Below are positions 12,409-24,075 of a stretch of DNA of 64,000 nucleotides, in pieces. Source of the DNA: Squalus acanthias (lineage: Eukaryota). The position numbers and the translations under genes were made by a program. The stretch lies in the NCBI GenBank assembly GCA_030390025.1, contig CM059451.1, positions 3,782,001-3,846,000 on the forward strand, read 5' to 3'. Position 1 is the stretch's first letter; each line of letters starts with the position of its first letter. A model generated the notes under the pieces. It worked only from the letters and a program-made list of their open reading frames with translations. It had not been told where the DNA came from and ran no database searches.

Positions 12409-13186
12409 GGTTTATTAATTCCTCATTTTTATTGTTTCAAGTTTAAGTGCACTTTCAAAGTGCAAAGGGTAGTATTCCCTTAATTAGAAGGATTACTAAA
12501 GTGTAACCTCAAATAAAACGTCAGATAGGACAATATCATTACCAATCAATTTTAAATCGTCACTAAATGATTGAGGAAAGAGGTTGGGAAATATTTCTTT
12601 ACACACAGAGTTGTTATTGCATGAGCATGGTTTGTCACAGGGGTAAATTAGGCAGACCTTTGCAGGATATAGAGGCACTGGAGAGGGTGCAAAAAAGATT
12701 TACAAGAATGATACCAGAAATGATGAACAGGCTGAGTCTCTTTTCTCTTGAGAAGTCGCACAACACCAGGTTATAGTCCAACAGTTTTATTTGAAATTAC
12801 GAGCTTTTGGAGCGCTGCTCCTTTGTCAAGTAAAGTGAGGGAATACGAATCAGTTACAAAGCATATATAGACAGAGAACAATGGGCTAAAAATTCAGTTG
12901 GTTGCGCATCCCGTTAGCGCCTTAAGAGGGCGCTAATGGGGCGCAAAGCAGCTAGCACGCAGGCGCACCGAAGTTTGCGCCACTCGCGAACTTAACTAGA
13001 CATTTTGCTAAACTTTACCGCCGCGATCTCCTGCGCACGTAGATTCTGACGTCATACGAGGGTGCAACGCCCTTGTGGCGCCCCGGAGCAGAAATTGAGT
13101 GGCGCCCCCATCCTTACCGCCTGGCGCATCCAACGACCGGAAGACTGGAACGCTATCAATCGCTGTGGGGCTGGGGGGGGGGGCGC

Positions 13187-13194
13187 TATTTAAA
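13187..13194 (+). promoter_or_regulatory. TATA-like box of the transposase gene
   Basis: TATTTAAA followed by GGGGG and preceded by a G-tract, ~200 nt before the ORF. Confidence 0.5.
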
Positions 13195-13466
13195 GGGGGC
13201 CTCTTCCTGTCTTTCTCTGTGGTTGACATTTTTGCACCACTCATTCTGAGAGAGAGAGAGAGATTCGGAGAGAGAGAAAGAGAGACTTCTGCATTGAGTC
13301 AACGCTGTGTGAGGTAGTTTTGGCTACTGATCATAACTTCGCTGGTACTTTGGTTTTTGGCCTTCATAACTTTGCTTGCTAAGAGACTACGGGGGCTGCA
13401 CTGATTGGGGGCGTCGTCCTGCGCCAGCTGAATCGGAGGACACAGAGACGCAGAGAGAGAGTGGCA

Positions 13467-14540
13467 ATGATGGCCAGACGGAGGAGGGCCAACAGGCGTC
13501 TGTACAGGAGAGCTTACCCTCCCAGGGTATATCGTGACCAGCTCTCCTACATTCATATGTCTGATGAGCAGTGTTTGCGAAGGCTGCGCTTCAGCAAGGA
13601 GGTGCTCACTGAGCTCTGCCACCTGCTGCAGCCAGATCTGCAGCCTCAACTGAGGTCCAGGACGTCTCTGTCGGTGGCAGTGAAGATCACAGTGGCTCTG
13701 AACTTTTATGCTACTGGCTCATTTCAATCTGCTGCTGGGGACCTCGCCAATATCTCCCAGTTCGCGGTGCATTGCTGCATCCGTCACGTCACAAATGCCC
13801 TCTTTAAAAGGAGACGAGAGTACATCTCTTTCCCCATGACCCCAGACAAGCAGCATGAACGCACTCTGGGCTTTGCGAGGATAGCGGGCTTCCCCATGGT
13901 GCAGGGCGCCATTGACTGCACGCATGTGGCTTTGCGTGCTCCGCATGAGAATGCCGAGGATTTCCGGAACAGAAAGGGGTTCCATTCCTTGAATGTTCAG
14001 TTGGTCTGTGACCACAGACAGCTGATACTCGCTGTCAATGCCCACTATCCTGGCAGCTGCCACGATGCTTTCATCCTGCGCCAGACTACTGTGGCAGAAC
14101 TTTTCGAGGCACCGCATCAGCCAGTTGGTTGGCTTCTCGGGGACAAGGGGTATCCACTGAGCACCTGGCTGATGACACCGCTCCGTACGCCCAACACCCC
14201 TGCTGAGCTGCGGTACAACGAGAGCCATCAAGCTACCAGGAACATCGTTGAGCACACAATCGGCGTGCTGAAGCAACGGTTCTGCTGTCTGGACCATTCT
14301 GGAGGAGCCCTGCAGTACTCGCCTGAGCGAGTTTCCCACTTCGTAGTTGTGTGCTGCATGCTGCATAACATGGCAATCCTCAGGACCCAGCCAATGCCAC
14401 CAGGCCTTGGAGCACCACCAGAGGAGGAGGAGGAAGAGGAGGAGGAGGATGATCATCAGCAGCACCAAGGCGGGAGGGCGGCCCACAATGTTGAAACTGC
14501 AAGGGCCGTCCGTCAACGGCTGATAGCAAGCCGCTTCTAG
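13467..14540 (+). CDS. Harbinger DDE transposase (HARBI1-like, DDE_Tnp_4); frame stays open upstream to ACG at 13389
   Basis: Uninterrupted ORF with HTH region (ALNFYATGSFQ), GAIDCTHV, GSCHDAFIL, LLGDKGY, RNIVEHTIGVLKQRF, CCMLHN and an acidic tail. Confidence 0.95.
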   Translation: MMARRRRANRRLYRRAYPPRVYRDQLSYIHMSDEQCLRRLRFSKEVLTELCHLLQPDLQPQLRSRTSLSVAVKITVALNFYATGSFQSAAGDLANISQFAVHCCIRHVTNALFKRRREYISFPMTPDKQHERTLGFARIAGFPMVQGAIDCTHVALRAPHENAEDFRNRKGFHSLNVQLVCDHRQLILAVNAHYPGSCHDAFILRQTTVAELFEAPHQPVGWLLGDKGYPLSTWLMTPLRTPNTPAELRYNESHQATRNIVEHTIGVLKQRFCCLDHSGGALQYSPERVSHFVVVCCMLHNMAILRTQPMPPGLGAPPEEEEEEEEEDDHQQHQGGRAAHNVETARAVRQRLIASRF

Positions 14541-14852
14541 GGCCCCTGCTGAGGAAATGGCTTCTGCCATTGAGAACAACATGAATGAAACCAACCCGCA
14601 ACCCCTAAGCCGGCCAAGGCAGTAATGATTCCAAAGACCAAACATGTACATTTTGAATACAAAAACTTATTTATTTTACAAACTCTGTGTGTGTCATTTC
14701 TTCATGACAAACTAATAGAAAGAAATACAAAAAAACAGTCATTAACATAACTGGTTCTCACAACCTGGAGATAATGTCCAAAACACTAAACAAAAGTTTA
14801 AACACGAACCTCGGCCTTTAATAAAAAATTGACAAACATTTTGTCACACCTC

Positions 14853-15807
14853 CTACTTTTTGCCCTTCGAGGGTGATCTCCTTCCCTTGCGCACTTCCCC
14901 CCTTCCCACCCTACTGCTCCTCCGTAATGGGACCTCAGTGGCTGCAGCAAGGCTGGTGGAAGGCTGCTGATTCTCATAACCTGAGACTGCAGATGCCCTT
15001 GAAGGACGGCTTCGACCAGCTCTGGGCCTGGAGGGCCCGGCTGCAGACTGCACCAACTCTGCATGGGCAGCAGCAGTCTGTCCTACAGGCGGTGGCAAGT
15101 GCAGTGGAGAAGTGACAGTGGTGGCAGCAGGAATGCTGTCATCTTGAGAGAGGACAGCAACTCCCTGCTCGACCGACACACTGGCACTCCCACGGGGCAG
15201 CACTTCAGCATCCGGAGCAATCTGCTGGAGCACAGATTGCTGGCCTGCTGCGGCGCGGTGAGAGCCCCGGGGAAATGTGTCCGAACCATCGAGATGGCAG
15301 CAGTCAGTGCTCGCATGGCCTCAATCTGAGTCTGCATGACAGCAGTCTGAGACTGAATTGCAGCACTAAGCTTTAGCGTGGCATCCGCCTGTGCTACAGC
15401 GAAGTGCTCCACACTCCTTGCCAGTGATTCAATACATTCGGGCACCCTTCCCACTGCACCCATGAGCTCAGCGTGCATGTCCACCGCCTGGGTGTTCATT
15501 TCAGCGATGAGCCGCTCCTCCTCTGCGTCCATTGCAGCAGGACTCGCTGGCCTACTCTCCCTCCGGGGAGAAGGCCCCCGAGCTTCCCTACCCCCATCGC
15601 GTTGCTGCAGCCCGCTGGGTCCTGGAGCTTCACCCTCATCAGACCCTTCCCCCCTGCTCCCCTCCAGGGAAGGCGTGTTCCCAGTGTGGGCATGGGCTTC
15701 CTCGGGAGAGGGTGGCACTGATGCTCCGCCTTCATCTTCCTCCTCGGCTGCAGCTTCACTTCCACTGGCAGCTTGAAGGCCCGTCTCCTCAGCTGGTGAA
15801 TCACCAT
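14853..15807 (-). CDS. Harbinger Myb/SANT-like partner protein, exon 3 (probable 1-nt frameshift near 15290; otherwise stop at 15083)
   Basis: Acceptor ctgctttcag|AT in phase 1 joins exon 2; acidic low-complexity then helical region; basic C-terminus RRSSRVGRGEVRKGRRSPSKGKK lies in the shifted frame. Confidence 0.7.
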
Positions 15808-15966
15808 CTGAAAGCAGGGAGGTACAAGAGTGGCTTTAGTGTGAGGACAGGGTGGCAGTAAGGGAGGAATAAGTGCAGCGATTTAGTAAGTTGGATTGAA
15901 AGTGTCAACGGCTGGTGTTGTGAGGGACAAGTGGAAGGACAGAGGACAAAAAGGTGATGACCTTAC

Positions 15967-16129
15967 CATTGCTGTCCAGAACAGGGTCGGCGTCTCCAGT
16001 GGCGACGGGACCGATCACCCGGCTTGCCACAATCCTGTGGACGCGCTCCTCAAGATCGCTGAGGGGTTGCAGCTGAGGCCGCCCTCCACCCGTCCGTTGC
16101 TGCTGTCTCCTATTATGAGACAGCTTGGC
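15967..16129 (-). CDS. Harbinger Myb/SANT-like partner protein, exon 2
   Basis: ttttcttgcag|GCC ... G|gtaagg; AKLSHNRRQQQRTGGGRPQLQPLSDLEERV contains the TGGG motif of Myb_DNA-bind_5-type proteins. Confidence 0.88.
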
Positions 16130-16359
16130 CTGCAAGAAAAAGGATGGCGTCTGAGTAAATATACAGCCATGGTCTTGCCTGATGTGCCTCCCATAGATGA
16201 ATAGCTCTTACTGTATGCAAAGTGTGGAATGTGTGTGTGTGTTTCATGAAAGGGCCATAGGTGTTGGATGAGTGTTGTTAATTGGGGTTTTAAGACCCTC
16301 TGGCCATAGAGTGAGGTTGAGATGGAGGGATGGAGAGGTATTGAAAAAAAGCCACTCAC

Positions 16360-16596
16360 CCTGACGACCCGAGTGAGGTCATTGAACTTTTTTCGGCATT
16401 GTACATGGGTCCTGGGCACCATGCTCCTGCAGGAGACGCTCTGAGCCACCTCCCGCCACACTCTTCTGTACTCGCGCGGCAAAGACCTCCTGCCACTCTC
16501 AGGGAAGAGTATAGATTTTCTGCGCTCCACCGCACCAACCAGAGCATCCAAGGCCCGCTCGCTGAAGCACTGAGCTCGTTCTCTCACCCTCTCCAT
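16360..16596 (-). CDS. Harbinger Myb/SANT-like partner protein, exon 1
   Basis: MERVRERAQCFSERALDALV...VWREVAQSV...RTHVQCRKKFNDL, donor AGG|gtgagt in phase 0. Confidence 0.9.
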
Positions 16597-17610
16597 AGTC
16601 CTTGGCTTGAAAATGTAATCACAGGTCTCTCCAGGTCGAGATTCAAGGCTCCAATGAGCAGGGTGTGGCTGGAGAGCAAGATCGACCCTCCCCTTTAAGA
16701 ACTGGCCGGCGCCAGTGTGTCTGTGTTCCATCGCTAACTGACATCACCTGCGCTGCGCCCGCGCTCTGAGTTAGCGCCTCACTCCTCGGCCTTTGCGCCT
16801 TAAGACAGGTGTGCAGCGCCTGATTTAGCGCTCCAATCACCTCCCGGGGTGTTAAAAGTCAAGTTTGCAGTCAGTGGCGATAATTAGCGCCAGGCGCTAA
16901 TCTTTGCGCCCGGCCGATAATTGCGCCCCAAATGGGGCGATACTGAATTTTTCCCCCAATGTGTCTGCAGAGATACAATCCGTCAGGGAGGCATTACATC
17001 AAAGACACAGCAGAGTACAGCTAAGACAATGAGGTGGGGTCACAGGGTGTCCAACGTGTCAAATGCTGCAGTTTGCAGTTAAGCTTTTTACTTTTTTTTT
17101 AAACTGGAAATCACATCTGTGAACAAGCCAACGACGACTCTAGTCTGGACTCTAGTCTCGACTCTAGTCACGTCCTGTAGCGTGACATGAAACCGGACAT
17201 TCAGCCTCGGATCTGCGGGTTAGCGTTCTCCAAGGCGGCCTTTGAGACACATGACAACGCAAAATCATCGAGCAGAAACTGATAGCCAAGTTCCGCACCC
17301 ATGAGGACGGCCTCAACCGGGATCTCGGTTTCATGTCACGCTACAGGACATGACTAGAGTCCAGACTAGAGTCCAGACTAGAGTCGTCGTTGGCTTGTTC
17401 ACAGATGTGATTTCCAATTAAAAAAAAAAATTAAAAAGCTTAACTGCAGACTGCAGCATTTGACACGTTGGACCCCCTGTGACCCCACCTCATTGTCTTA
17501 GCTGTATTCTGCTGTGTCTTTGATGTAATGCCTCCCTGACGGATTGTATCTCTGCAGACACATTGTTCTCTGTCTATATATGCTTTGTAACTGATTCGTA
17601 TCCCCTCACT

Positions 17611-17647
17611 TTACCTGACGAAGGAGCAGCGCTCCGAAAGCTCGTAA
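17611..17647 (+). ncRNA. Minimal type I hammerhead ribozyme in Penelope terminal repeat
   Basis: ttac-CTGACGA-a-ggagc-agc-gctcc-GAAA-gctc-gtaa: intact core, helix II, helix I ttac/gtaa. Confidence 0.8.
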
Positions 17648-18559
17648 TTTCAAATAAAACTGTTGGACTATAACCTGGTGTTGTGCGACTTCTCATTTTT
17701 GTCCACCCCAGTCCAACACCGGCATCTCCGCATCTTTTCTCTTGAAAAGAGAAGGCTGAGGGGTGACCTAATAGAGGTCTTTTAAATTATGAAAGATTTT
17801 GATAGAGTGGATACAGAGAAAGTGTTTCCACTTGTGGGGAAGAGCATAACTAGAGGCCATCAATATAAGATAGTCACCAAGAAATCCAATAGGGAATTCA
17901 GAAGAAACTTCTTTACCCAAAGAGTGGTGAGAATGTGGAACTTGCTACCACAGGGAGTGGTTGAGGCGAATAGTATAGATGCATTTAAGGGGAAGCTAGA
18001 TAAGCATATGAGGGAGAAGGGAATAGAGGGTTACGCTGATAGAGTTAGATGAGGAAAGACGGGAGGAGGCTCGAGTGGAGCATAAACGCCGGCATGGACT
18101 GCTTGGGCCGAATGGCCTGTTTCTGTGCCGTATATCCGATGTAATCCTATGGAAGTACAGATAAACACTACAAGCAGAGGAAGACGGGGAGAAATCAGAG
18201 CAGTGTATGTAGAGCCAGCAGACACAAGGGGCCAAATGGCCTCGTTCTGTACTGTAAATTCCAATGGAGCAGAAAACAACGCAAGTCTGCCTGGAAGAGA
18301 GTGTGAGACTAATTATTCGAAAGCTGATGATGTGATGATACGGGGTACTGCCCCAATGAGTTCTTGTTTAAATGCTACGACAATCACTCTCAGTTACCCG
18401 GGATCCTATTCATGGAATTACTCATGTAATTTGCATGCACTGTATCACACATGTGAAACTTCATTCATTTTATTACATTCTACCGTAAATAACTTTCCTT
18501 TCCGCATCACCTTTTAAACAACAACAACTTACTTTTATATAGTGCTTTTAAAAAGAAAA

Positions 18560-19001
18560 GAAAGACTTGCATTTCTATAGCGCCTTTCATGACTCAGGAC
18601 GTCCCAAAGCTCTTTACAGCCAATGAAGTACTTTTGAAGTGTAGTCACTGTTGTAATGTAGGAAACGCAGCAGCCAATTTGCGCACAGCAAGCTCTCACA
18701 AACAGCAATGTGATAATGACCAGATCATCTGATTTTAGTGATGTTGGTTGAGGGATAAATATTGGCCAGGATACCGAGGAGAACACCCCTGCTCTTCTTC
18801 AAAATAGTACCACGGAATCTTTTACATCCACCTGAGAGGGCAGACGAGGCCTTGGTTTAACTTCTCATCCGAAAGACAGCACCTCCGACAATGCAACACT
18901 CCCTCAGTGTCAGCCTAGATCATTGGCTCAAGTCTCTGGAGTAGGACTATGAACTCACAACCTTCTGACCCAGAGGTGAGAGTGCGACCCACTGAGCCAC
19001 G
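18560..19001 (-). mobile_element. SacSINE1/DeuSINE-like SINE, near full length
   Basis: tRNA-like head (gtggctcagtggg...gagttcatagtcc), central domain, tail aaaggcgctatagaaatgcaagtc. Confidence 0.9.
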
Positions 19002-19270
19002 GAATCACAGTGTTGAATTACACAGCCAGACTGGTCTCACTATTTCCCCAGCTGTCACAGTCGGAGGACAGGTGTAGTTCGGCACACGGCTGCCTGTTAT
19101 ACCGTCCACCACATGTAGCGGGCAAGTTGCATTAACACCAATGCACCCGCTATAAGCAGTGAGACCTGTACCTCAATGAGATGTACTTTCCCCCCTCTCT
19201 CCAAACCTCTTCTCTCTAGACTGTAGATCCAGTGTTTCGCTGATCTTTCCCCATAGCTCATTCTCTAGGC

Positions 19271-19902
19271 TAGGGTTGCCATTGCCAACCCTCCAGGATT
19301 GGCCTGGAGTCTGCAGGAATTGAAGATTAATCTCCAGGACACTGCCGCCAGCATCGGGCCATTAAACAAATTGTGTTTATTTTAAAATTTCCTTTGAACA
19401 CTTTTGTTTGCTAGTTATAAAGATATCAGACATGGGAAAGAAAAGGTGTTTGACTGATGGTCAGGAATCATCCAATCAGGTAATGAAGGGTCTATTCGCG
19501 TTCCGATTGGCCGTGGGAAGGCGGGGCACCGCGAGGATGGGCGGGCCGGGCGACCAATGGCGGGAGTGTGGCATCTGCGATGGTGGGGACCTCAGGAGTT
19601 GGCCGAGATGGATGATCCACTCGGCACTTCTGGCTGAAGATGGTCGCAAACGCTTCAGCCTCGTCTTCTGCACTCGCGCGCTGGGCTCCGCTGCCGTTGA
19701 AGTTGGGGATGTTCTTGGAGCCTCCTCCTCCCGTCAGTTGTTCAATGGTCCACCACCATTCACGATTGGATGTGGCAGGACCGCGGAGCTGTGATCTGAT
19801 CTGTTGGTTGTGGGATCGCTTAGCCCTGTCTGTGGGGGCGGAGCAGTTGGAGGCAGGAGGTCACGTGATGAAACCTCCATGAATATGTCCAACCAGAGAT
19901 AG
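19271..19902 (+). mobile_element. Putative non-autonomous hAT element (TAGGGTTGCCA end) with internal LINE fragment at ~19575-19830
   Basis: tagggttgcc...aaccctccagga start, repeated ctccagga subterminal motif; right TIR degenerate. Confidence 0.5.
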
Positions 19903-20887
19903 TCTGGGGTGAGGAGGAACAGGTCTTGTCCTACCAGACGTTACTTAAAAACAAAACACGGTCATCGTGGACAGGACACTTGCTGGTTAAGTGTATCAAG
20001 GGATATGGAGCCAAGGCGGGTAAATGGGGTAACTTAAGGCACAGCTCAGCCATGATCTCATTGAATGGTTTCCTCCTGCTCCTATGTGGTGACAGGTGAA
20101 GTGCCTCTGATTCACGTTACTGTAACTGTGGTGCTGTTGTCCCAGCTGATCTGAACTTTGCGGGTGCCGGGTTTTATTTCACTGCATGTCACAGAGCGGG
20201 AGGCCGTGGTATATATTATTACAGCGTCGTCTCATGTTACACTGTGATCACAAAGCTGCTCAGGTGAAGCTTCATACCCTCGAACATCAGTGACTGAAAC
20301 CAATCAAGTTTTAGCTTCGAGGGCCCTGCAAACCTTCAATTTCTGTCCTGTTGGAATTCAAACCTGTCTTTGGGCACAGAAGGGGAAATAGGCAAAATTC
20401 TGAGCGCATCTCGCGGTCAGACATCTACGCTGACCGCGATAATAAGCCTTTGTTTAAACAGAAACCTGACACCTGACTGATTCGAATCTCCTTTCTTACA
20501 GAGGGTTAGAGAGTCAGAGATAAACGGGCAGAAAAGCATGGGTTTTCCTTTCGATCCCGCCACAGTATTCCGGTGGGACAGGGTGGGAATTGGGGCTGAG
20601 ATCCGTTGTGCTGGATCTCTGCACGTATATTGGCCCCGCTGCGATTTCCCGCTGCAATTTCTGAAGGTGCCAGAAGCTCTCGCCCTCAAATGGGCGGGCG
20701 GATTTAAATGAGGTGGTAATGTTGGGGGCGAAGTCACACATTTTCTGTCATTAGTACATATCGGGGTAGGTCTTCACTTCGTGCGGTAGTGTAATACAGG
20801 TGATAGCGAGCTGGCAGCCTGTGTTACATCGCTCCCGATCGACGTCAACGTAAATATAACTTTGGAGAGATGTAAAATGGGCTGCTG

Positions 20888-23372
20888 ACTCACTATTCGA
20901 GTTTTTTGAGGATGTAACTAGCAGGGTAGATGAAGGGGAACCAGTAGATGTAGTATATTTGGATTTCCAAAAGGCATTCGATAAGGTGCCACATAAAAGG
21001 TTGCTTCGCAAGATAAGGGCTCATGGGGTTGAGGGTAATATATTAACATGGATAGAGGATTGGTTAATGGACAGAAAACAGAGAGTAGGGATAAACGGGT
21101 CCTTTTCAGGTTGGCAGGCTGTAACTAGTGGGGTGCCACAAGGATCAGTGCTTTGGACTCAACTATTTACAATCTATATTAATAAGAACATAAGAAATAG
21201 GAGCAGGAGTAGGCCACTTGACCCCTCGAGCCTGCTCCACCATTCAATAAGATCATGGCTGATCTTGGGCTCAAAGCCACTTCCCAGCCCACTCCCCATA
21301 ACCCTTCACTCCCTTATCTTGCAAAAATCTGTCTATCTCCACCTTAAATGTATTTAATGACCCAGCCTCCACAGCTCTCTGGGGCAGTGAATTCCACAGA
21401 TTTACGACCCTCTGAGAGAAGAAATTCCTCCTCATCTCAGTTCTAAAAGGGCGACACTTTATTCTAAAACTGTGCCCCCGCGTTCTAGATTTCCCCACGA
21501 GGGGAAACATCCTCTCTGCATCTACCTTGTCGAGCCCCCTCAGTATCTTATATGTTTCAATAAGATCACCTCTCATTCTTCTAAATTCCAATGAGTATAG
21601 GCCCAGCCTGCTCAACCTTTCCTCATAAGTCAACCCCCTCATCTCCGGAATTAACCTAGTGAATCGTCTCTGAACTGCCTCCAATGCAAGTACATCCTTC
21701 CTTAAATAAGGAGACCAAAACTGTACGCAATACTCAATGTGTGGTCTCACCAATACCCTGTACAGTTGTAGCAGGACTTCCCTGCTTTTATACTCCAACC
21801 CCTATGAAATAAAGGCCAACATTCCATTTGCCTTTTTGATTACTTGCTGTACCTGCATGCTAACTTTTTGTGTTTCATGCACAAGGACCCCCAGGTCCCG
21901 CTGAACTGTAGCATTTTGTAATCTCTCTCCATTTAAATAATAATTTGCTTTTTTATTGTTCCTGCCAAAGTGGATAACCTCGCACTTTCCCACATTATAC
22001 TCCATCTGCCAAATGTTTGCCCACTCACTTAGCCTGTCTATATCCCTTTGCAGGTTCTTTGCGTCCTCTGCACAACTTGCTTTCCCACCCATCTTCGTAT
22101 CATCTGCAAACTTGGCGACAGTACACTCGGTCCCTTCATCCAAGTCATTAATGTAGATTGTAAATAGTTGAGGTCCAGCACTGATCCCTGTGGCACCCCA
22201 CTAGTTACCGGTTGCCAACTGGAAAATGATCCATTTATCCCGACTCTCTGCTTTCTGTTAGTTAGCCAATTCTCTATCCATGCTAATATATTACCCCCAA
22301 TTCCGTGAGCTCTTATCTTATGCAGTAACCTTTTATGTGGCACCTTATCGAATGCCTTCTGGAAATCCAAATACACTACATCTACTGGTTCACCTTTGTC
22401 CACCCTGCTCGTTGACTTAGATGAAGGGACAGAATGTAATGTATCCAAGTTTGCTGATGATACAAAGCTAGGTGGGACAGTAAGCTGTGAGGAGAACACA
22501 AAGAGCCTGCAAAGGGATATAGGCAGGTTAAGTGAGTGGGCAATAAGGTGGCAGATGGAGTATAATGTGGGGAAATGTGAGGTTATTCACTTTGGTAGGA
22601 AGAATAGAAAAACAGAACATTTTTTAAATGGTGAGAAACTATTAAATGTTGGTGTTCAGAGAGATTTAGGTGTCCGCTTACAGGAAACAGAAAAAGTTAA
22701 CATGCAGGTACAGCAAGCAATTAGGAAGGCAAATAGCACGTTGGTCTTTATTACTAGGGGGTTAGAGTACAAGAGCAAGGAAGTCTTGCTACAATTGTAC
22801 AGGGCTTTGGTGAGACCACACCTGGAGTACTGTGTACAGTTATGGTCTCCTTATCTGTGAAAGGACACACATGCCCTAGTGGCGGTGCAACGAAGGTTCA
22901 CTAGATTGATCCCTGTGATGAGAGGGCTGTCCTATGAAGTGAGATTGAGTAGATTGGGCCTATACTGTCTGCAAATTTAGAAGAATGCGAGGTGATCTCA
23001 TTGAAACATAAGATTCTGAGGGGGATTGACAGGGTAGATGCTAAGAGGTTGTTTCCCCTGGCTGGAGAGTCTAGAACTAGGGGGCATAGTCTCAGGATAA
23101 GGGGTCGGCCATTTAACAGTGAGAGGAGTAGAAATTCCTCACTCAGGGTGGTGAATCTTTGGAATTCTCTACCCCAGAGGGCTGTGGAGGCTCAGTCGTT
23201 GAGTATATACAAGGCTGAGATCGATAGATTTTTGGACTCTAGGGGAATCAAGGGATATGGGGATAGGGCGGGAAGGTGGAGTTGTGGTCATAGATCAGAC
23301 ATGATCTTATTGAATGGGGAGCAGGCTCGAAGGGCCGTATGGCCTACTCCTGCTCCTAATTCTTATGTTCTT
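20888..23372 (+). mobile_element. CR1 LINE RT/3' part split by an antisense CR1
   Basis: YLDFQKAFDKVPH..FTIYIN (to 21183) resumes DLDEGTECNVSKFADDTK at 22413. Confidence 0.9.
21185..22412 (-). mobile_element. Nested 5'-truncated CR1 LINE
   Basis: [38 protein letters not shown] and CR1 tail on the minus strand. Confidence 0.9.
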
Positions 23373-23486
23373 ATCCTCCGTTTTACGCAATCGCACAAAG
23401 TCAACATATACGCCATCATGTCTATAAAAAGCGGGCATTCAGTGTTGCCAGACAAGAACAAGAAGGTAGAAGTCAATTCAAAATGG

Positions 23487-24075
23487 TCGGCTCAGTTGGT
23501 AGCACCCTCGCCTCTCAGTCAGAAGGTTGTGGGTTGTGGAGTGCTGCACTGTCAGAGGTGCTGTCTTTCGGGTGAGACGTTAAACTCAGGCCCCGTCTGC
23601 CCTCTCTGCAAGAGCGGCCTGTGGCTTAGTGGGTGGCACACACGTCTTTGAGTCAGAAGGTTGTGGGTTCAAGTCCCACTCCAGTGACTTGAGCACATGA
23701 AGCTAGGCTGACACTCCAGCGCAGTGCTGAGGGAGTGCTGCACTGTCGGAGGTGCCGTCTTTCAGATGAGATGTTAAACCGAGGCCCCGTCTGCTCTCTC
23801 AGGTGGGCGTAAAAGATCCCATGGCACTATTTCGAAGAAGAGTAGGGGAGTTATCTCTGGTGTCCTGGGCCAATATTTATCCCTCAAGCAACATGACAAA
23901 AACGATTTATCTGGTCATTATCACATTGCTGTTTGTGGGAGCTTGCTGTGCACAAATTGGCTGCCGCGTTTCCTACATTACAACAGTGACTACACTCCAA
24001 AAGTACTTCATTGGCTGTAAAGCGCTTTGAGACGTCTGGTGGTCATGAAAGGCGCTATATAAATGCAAGTCTTTC
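23487..24075 (+). mobile_element. Tandem SacSINE1/DeuSINE-like SINEs (deleted copy 23487-23606, full copy 23618-24075)
   Basis: A/B boxes gtggcttagtggg / gggttcaagtccc, full central domain and tail. Confidence 0.9.

Larger units (their letters stand above)
12883..16957 (+). mobile_element. PIF/Harbinger DNA transposon, full-length two-gene element (4075 bp)
   Basis: TIRs GGGCTAAAAATTCAGT / ACTGAATTTTTCCCCC; 3-bp TSD AAT confirmed by the empty site in the opposite Penelope arm; subterminal TTAGCGCC/GGCGCTAA repeats; convergent transposase and Myb genes. Confidence 0.95.
12752..17732 (+). mobile_element. 5'-truncated Penelope-like element with inverted terminal repeat, interrupted by Harbinger
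   Basis: Left arm (12750-12882 plus 16958-17196) is the reverse complement of the right arm (17326-~17695); spacer encodes the GIY-YIG C-terminus (IEQKLIAKFRTHEDGLNRD); 13-bp TSD tcttttctcttga (12739-12751, 17733-17745). Confidence 0.9.
12650..18150 (+). mobile_element. CR1 3' fragment (12650-12751 plus 17733-18150) split by the Penelope/Harbinger nest
   Basis: [22 protein letters not shown] resumes as KRRLRGDLIEVFKIMK after 17745. Confidence 0.85.

Noticed and set aside
13467-14540. Domesticated host gene HARBI1
   Set aside because: Flanked by TIRs and a TSD, paired with a Myb gene and nested in other transposons, so it is a transposon copy
13719-14651. 310-aa antisense ORF
   Set aside because: Shadow of the GC-rich transposase ORF with no recognisable motif
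20388-20752. Degenerate MITE-like GC-rich segment
   Set aside because: Termini too diverged to define a TIR or TSD with confidence
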